Of a DNA stretch of 64,000 nucleotides, positions 60,570-64,000 are shown one piece after another (the stretch's first letter is position 1; each line of letters opens with the position of its first letter). Below the pieces are notes generated by a model. That model made no database searches. It was not told the origin of the DNA and saw nothing but the letters and a program-made list of their open reading frames with translations. The DNA is from Verrucomicrobiota bacterium. Its GTDB lineage: Bacteria > Verrucomicrobiota > Verrucomicrobiia > Limisphaerales > UBA11358. The DNA lies in the NCBI GenBank assembly GCA_036803685.1, contig DAIRTX010000011.1, positions 303 to 64,302 on the forward strand, written 5' to 3'. The translations under genes were made by a program, and so were the position numbers.

Positions 60570-62096
60570 TTAATTCAAAATTATCATCCCTTTCCCGCTG
60601 CGAACCGGCTGGGTCTTTTTGATCGCTGCGGACGAACTCACATTGCCAACCCGATCCACCGCGCTGACTGCAATGACGTCCGGCTTGGAATTTTCAAACG
60701 TCCGCGTCGTTTGATGGGCCGGCAGAATTTCCGTCGCCCAGACTTCGTTGGTGCGATATTGCAAAATCCACAGCCACGCGGGTTCGCCCGCCGTTTCCCA
60801 ATTCACGCTCAAACTGGACCGGCCGTTTTCGGCAACGGTGAGCTTCGGCTTGTCCGGCGGCACGGAATCCAGCCACGGTGATGCCGGCACCAGCGCGGTT
60901 TGCGTGTATTCGGCGCGAACGGCGTCCGTCAAGGCGCGGTTGTCCGTGAGATTTCGCAGGTGATAAAAAATTTCGCCGCGCGCGCCGGATTGACTGCGCG
61001 TGACTTTGATTTGCCGGGCGATTTCGTCCGGCCCCCACTTTTCACCGACATTGGCGGCGTTGAGTCCCGGCCAAAGATGCCGGCCCTTGGGATTCTGTTG
61101 CACCCACCAGTTGAGCAATGCGGGAAAACTTTGCTCCTTCGGCTCAACCGCCCAGTAAAGTTGCGGCGCGAAATAATCGAGCCAGCCGTTGGCCAGCCAC
61201 AGGCGCGAGTCGGCGTAAAGTTTCGCATAGGCGTCCAGGCCCCGGATTTGCGGCGGATTCATCGGCCGCCAGATGCCGAACGGACTGATGCCGAACTTCA
61301 CCCGCGGTTTCAGCGCCTTGATGGACTGGTAAACGTTCTGGATGAATTGATTGACGTTGGCGCGCCGCCAGTCGTCACGGTTTAAAAAACCATTGGCCAA
61401 ACCAAATTTTTGCCAGGTCGCACCGTCGGGAAATTCCCGTTCGCGGCCCGCCGTGTCCTTTTCCGGGTAGGGATAAAAATAATCGTCGAACTGCACGCCA
61501 TCCACGTCGTAGCGCCGCACCACGTCCATGACCACGCGCAAAACGTATTGGCGCACGACCGGTTCGCCGGGGTCGAGCCAGATCTTGTCGCCATATTTGC
61601 GGACCAGTTCCGGGTGGGTCCGTGAAATGTGGTTCAACGCCACGGGCGATTTGTTCTGCGGATGCAACGCGCGGAACGGATTGAACCACGCGTGCAGTTC
61701 GAGTCCGCGTTGGTGCGCCTCCTGGATGGCAAAGGCCAGCGGGTCATAAAACGGCTGCGGCGCCTTGGCCATCGTGCCGGTGAGATATTCCGACCACGGC
61801 TCAATGGCTGAGGCATACAGGGCGTCGGACGAGGGTCGCACCTGGAAAACAATCGCGTTCAGCTTCAATTGCACCGCGCGGTCCAGCAACGAAATCAGCT
61901 CGGCCTTTTGCTCCGCAACGCTGAGGCCGGGTTTGGACGGCCAGTCCTTGTTGGCCACGGTCACGAGCCACGCGCCGCGAAATTCGCGCGCCGGTGGCGG
62001 CGGCGTCACGGAAACGGGGCGATAAACCTCGCCCGCCGCGAAAAGCATCGCGGGCAGCAACCCGATGAAAACGGCCAAAAATCGAATCCGAGCCAT
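60570..62096 (-). CDS. GHL10-family (DUF187/YngK-like) glycoside hydrolase-like lipoprotein
   Basis: REFRGAWLVTVANKDWPS...LNAIVFQVRPSSDALYAS. Start moved to ATG 62096 (MARIRFLAVFIGLLPAMLFA). Confidence 0.8.
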   Translation of the reverse strand: MARIRFLAVFIGLLPAMLFAAGEVYRPVSVTPPPPAREFRGAWLVTVANKDWPSKPGLSVAEQKAELISLLDRAVQLKLNAIVFQVRPSSDALYASAIEPWSEYLTGTMAKAPQPFYDPLAFAIQEAHQRGLELHAWFNPFRALHPQNKSPVALNHISRTHPELVRKYGDKIWLDPGEPVVRQYVLRVVMDVVRRYDVDGVQFDDYFYPYPEKDTAGREREFPDGATWQKFGLANGFLNRDDWRRANVNQFIQNVYQSIKALKPRVKFGISPFGIWRPMNPPQIRGLDAYAKLYADSRLWLANGWLDYFAPQLYWAVEPKEQSFPALLNWWVQQNPKGRHLWPGLNAANVGEKWGPDEIARQIKVTRSQSGARGEIFYHLRNLTDNRALTDAVRAEYTQTALVPASPWLDSVPPDKPKLTVAENGRSSLSVNWETAGEPAWLWILQYRTNEVWATEILPAHQTTRTFENSKPDVIAVSAVDRVGNVSSSAAIKKTQPVRSGKGMIILN

Positions 62097-62400
62097 AAGC
62101 TGTTGAGAAATAAGACGCTTTGGCGCGCCCCTTGGCAAAGTTTTTTTGGGCAAATCATTCCTTAATACTTTCTTAACGCCAACCGCCCATCTCTTGATTA
62201 GCCGTTTCGCCGGAGTTGCGTCATGGTGCGGACATGAACGAGTACGATTTGATTCAACGGGCAAATGGAACGGAGCGCGGGTGTCCGCAGCAGCCCGGAT
62301 TGCCGAATGAGCGCACGAAATACCGAAGTGTTTTGGGGTTTTCAATCTGCTGCGGCTGGGACAGCCGCGCTCCCAGGGCTCGCAATTTGAAACAAAACCC

Positions 62401-62484
62401 ATGACTGACTTCATCTACCTCGCCGTCATCGCGCTCTTTTTTGTCGCGAGCGGGCTTTACGCCCGCTGGTGCGAAAAATTGTAA
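62401..62484 (+). CDS. Possible 27-aa hydrophobic peptide upstream of kdpF
   Basis: MTDFIYLAVIALFFVASGLYARWCEKL, a single TM-like stretch. Translated by hand. Confidence 0.35.
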   Translation: MTDFIYLAVIALFFVASGLYARWCEKL

Positions 62485-62492
62485 GGACATTT

Positions 62493-62576
62493 ATGGAAAA
62501 CCTCGTCGTCGGCCTGATTGCCCTCGCGCTGTTCGCGTATTTGTTCATCGCGATGGTTCGTCCTGAAAAATTTTAA
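62493..62576 (+). CDS. kdpF: K+-transporting ATPase subunit F
   Basis: MENLVVGLIALALFAYLFIAMVRPEKF. Canonical KdpF length and ...YL..A..RPE.F ending, immediately before kdpA. Confidence 0.75.
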   Translation: MENLVVGLIALALFAYLFIAMVRPEKF

Positions 62577-62586
62577 CCAAACGCCT

Positions 62587-64000
62587 ATGCAAACTTCCGG
62601 CTGGCTGCAACTTGCCCTCTTCGTCGTCGCCCTCGCGGCGATTACGAAACCCATGGGCCTTTACCTCATGCAGGTGCTCGACACCAATGGTCGCACCTGG
62701 TTCGACCCCGTGCTGCGTCCGCTGGAGCGGCTCACCTACCGGCTCATGGGTGTGCGCGCCGGTCAAGAGCAAGACTGGCGGCAATACACCTGGGTCATGC
62801 TGTTGTTCAGCCTGGTGGGTTGCGTGTTCACCTACGCCATCCTGCGCCTGCAAAATCACCTGCCGCTCAATCCGCAAGGGCTGGGCGCGCTCACCCCGCA
62901 TCTCGCGTTCAACACCGCCGTCAGTTTCACCACCAACACCAACTGGCAGAGCTACGGCGGTGAATCCACTATGTCCTACCTCTCGCAGATGGTGGGCCTG
63001 GCCTTCCAAAATTTCGTTTCCGCCGCCACCGGCATTGCGATTGCCGCGGCGCTCGTGCGCGGCATTGCGCGGCATTCCACGAAACTGCTCGGCAACTTCT
63101 GGGTGGACCTCGTGCGTGTCACTTACTACCTGTTGCTGCCCATCTGCCTCGTGCTGGCAGTTTTCTATGTCTCGCAAGGCATGATTCAAAATTTCAAGCC
63201 CTACACCACGGCGAAGCTCGTGGAATCCTACACCATCCAAGTGCAGAAAACCGACGACAAAGGCCAGCCCGTGACCACCAATGTGGCGGTCATGGTGCAA
63301 GCGCCAAAACTGGATCAAAAAGGACAACCGATGCTGACCAACGGCGTGGCGGTGATGATGGATGTGCCGCAGCTCGACGCAAAAGGCCAGCCGGTCATGA
63401 CCAACGTGGCCGTCATGGTGGATCAAAAAGTGGAGGAACAATCCATCGTGCAAGGCCCGATGGCTTCACAGGTCGCGATCAAATTGCTCGGCACGAACGG
63501 CGGCGGCTACACCAACGCCAATGCCGCGCATCCGTTCGAGAACCCCACGCCGCTCTCTAACTTTCTGCAAATGCTGTCCATCTTCGCGATTGGCAGCGGC
63601 CTCACTTATTACCTCGGCCGCATGACCAAAAACCAGGCGCACGGCTGGTCGGTCTGGGGCGCGATGATGACGTTGTTCCTCGCCGGCGTGTTGCTTTGCT
63701 GGTGGGCCGAGGCGAAGGGCAATCCCATTCATCAGCAACTTGGCATCGCCGCCGCGGATGGCAACTTGGAAGGCAAGGAAGTCCGCTTCGGCATTTTCAA
63801 TTCCGCCTTGTTCGCCACGGTCACCACCGACGCTTCCTGCGGCGCGGTTAATTCCATGCACGATTCCTTCACGCCGCTCGGCGGGCTGGTGCCGATGTTC
63901 AACATGCAGACCGGCGAGGTGATCATCGGCGGCGTGGGCGCGGGACTTTATGGAATGTTGGTGTTCGTCATTCTCGCCGTGTTCATCGCCGGGCTGATGG
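62587..64000 (+). CDS. kdpA: K+-transporting ATPase subunit A (partial, runs off the window)
   Basis: Not in the ORF track because no stop falls within the window. Hand translation gives MQTSGWLQLALFVV...NTNWQSYGGESTMSYLSQM...LGTNGGGYTNANAAHPFENPTP... Confidence 0.9.
   Translation, partial: MQTSGWLQLALFVVALAAITKPMGLYLMQVLDTNGRTWFDPVLRPLERLTYRLMGVRAGQEQDWRQYTWVMLLFSLVGCVFTYAILRLQNHLPLNPQGLGALTPHLAFNTAVSFTTNTNWQSYGGESTMSYLSQMVGLAFQNFVSAATGIAIAAALVRGIARHSTKLLGNFWVDLVRVTYYLLLPICLVLAVFYVSQGMIQNFKPYTTAKLVESYTIQVQKTDDKGQPVTTNVAVMVQAPKLDQKGQPMLTNGVAVMMDVPQLDAKGQPVMTNVAVMVDQKVEEQSIVQGPMASQVAIKLLGTNGGGYTNANAAHPFENPTPLSNFLQMLSIFAIGSGLTYYLGRMTKNQAHGWSVWGAMMTLFLAGVLLCWWAEAKGNPIHQQLGIAAADGNLEGKEVRFGIFNSALFATVTTDASCGAVNSMHDSFTPLGGLVPMFNMQTGEVIIGGVGAGLYGMLVFVILAVFIAGLM

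Noticed and set aside
62097-62400. Possible riboswitch (for example c-di-AMP/ydaO type) in the long leader before the kdp genes.
   Set aside because: I could not recognise the conserved riboswitch core. The region instead contains GC-rich repeat-like segments (for example GCTGGGACAGCCGCGCTCCC). A covariance-model scan (Rfam) would be the decisive test.
1-64000. Search for tRNA/rRNA genes, transposases, integrases, reverse transcriptases or known defence-system enzymes.
   Set aside because: I recognised none by eye. The only mobile-looking features are short repeat families and the TA islet. tRNAscan, Infernal and HMM scans would be needed to exclude small RNAs rigorously.

Overview
This 64-kb window looks like chromosomal DNA from a PVC-superphylum bacterium, probably Verrucomicrobiota. 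That assignment is an inference from gene content: an Amuc_1100-type pilus-associated cluster, an ECF sigma factor paired with a Ser/Thr kinase, giant Calx-beta/propeller surface proteins, and several GC-rich palindromic repeat families. I support about 60 protein-coding genes, one RNase P RNA, several dispersed repeat families and some gene remnants. I recognised no tRNA, rRNA, CRISPR array, transposase or integrase.

Layout:
- 367..26154 is mostly one long minus-strand block. In transcription order it holds a PilM/PilN-like fusion, an Amuc_1100-like protein, a small membrane protein, a secretin encoded as two ORFs, a 5'-3' exonuclease, four very large secreted proteins (about 716, 675, 992 and 3194 aa), and coaE.
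- 26.3-34 kb holds acyP, a metallophosphoesterase, a GT9 heptosyltransferase, then an ECF-sigma / Ser-Thr-kinase / periplasmic Ig-like module.
- 34-45 kb holds DUF1080, a HEXXH protein, Smr, the CCA-adding enzyme, a GH29 fucosidase, an ATP-grasp-like gene, TlpA and a GH44-like enzyme.
- 45.2-46.4 kb is a small toxin-antitoxin islet punctuated by three remnants of the 5' end of the ATP-grasp-like gene.
- 46.4-64 kb holds proA, divergent RHH regulators, vapBC, argA, hisC, a split pta, rnpB, a GHL10 hydrolase and the start of kdpFA.

Most interesting observations:
1. The secretin beta-barrel domain is divided between two separately signal-peptided ORFs.
2. A shared roughly 70-aa '...W...FYR' module tags five secreted proteins, three of them in the giant-protein block next to the secretin cluster.
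3. Gene-5'-end fragments delimit the TA cassettes in an array.
4. Palindromic repeat elements sit in frame inside three coding genes.
5. The kinase's extracytoplasmic domain has a free-standing secreted paralogue.

All family assignments come from reading motifs by eye. No searches were run.
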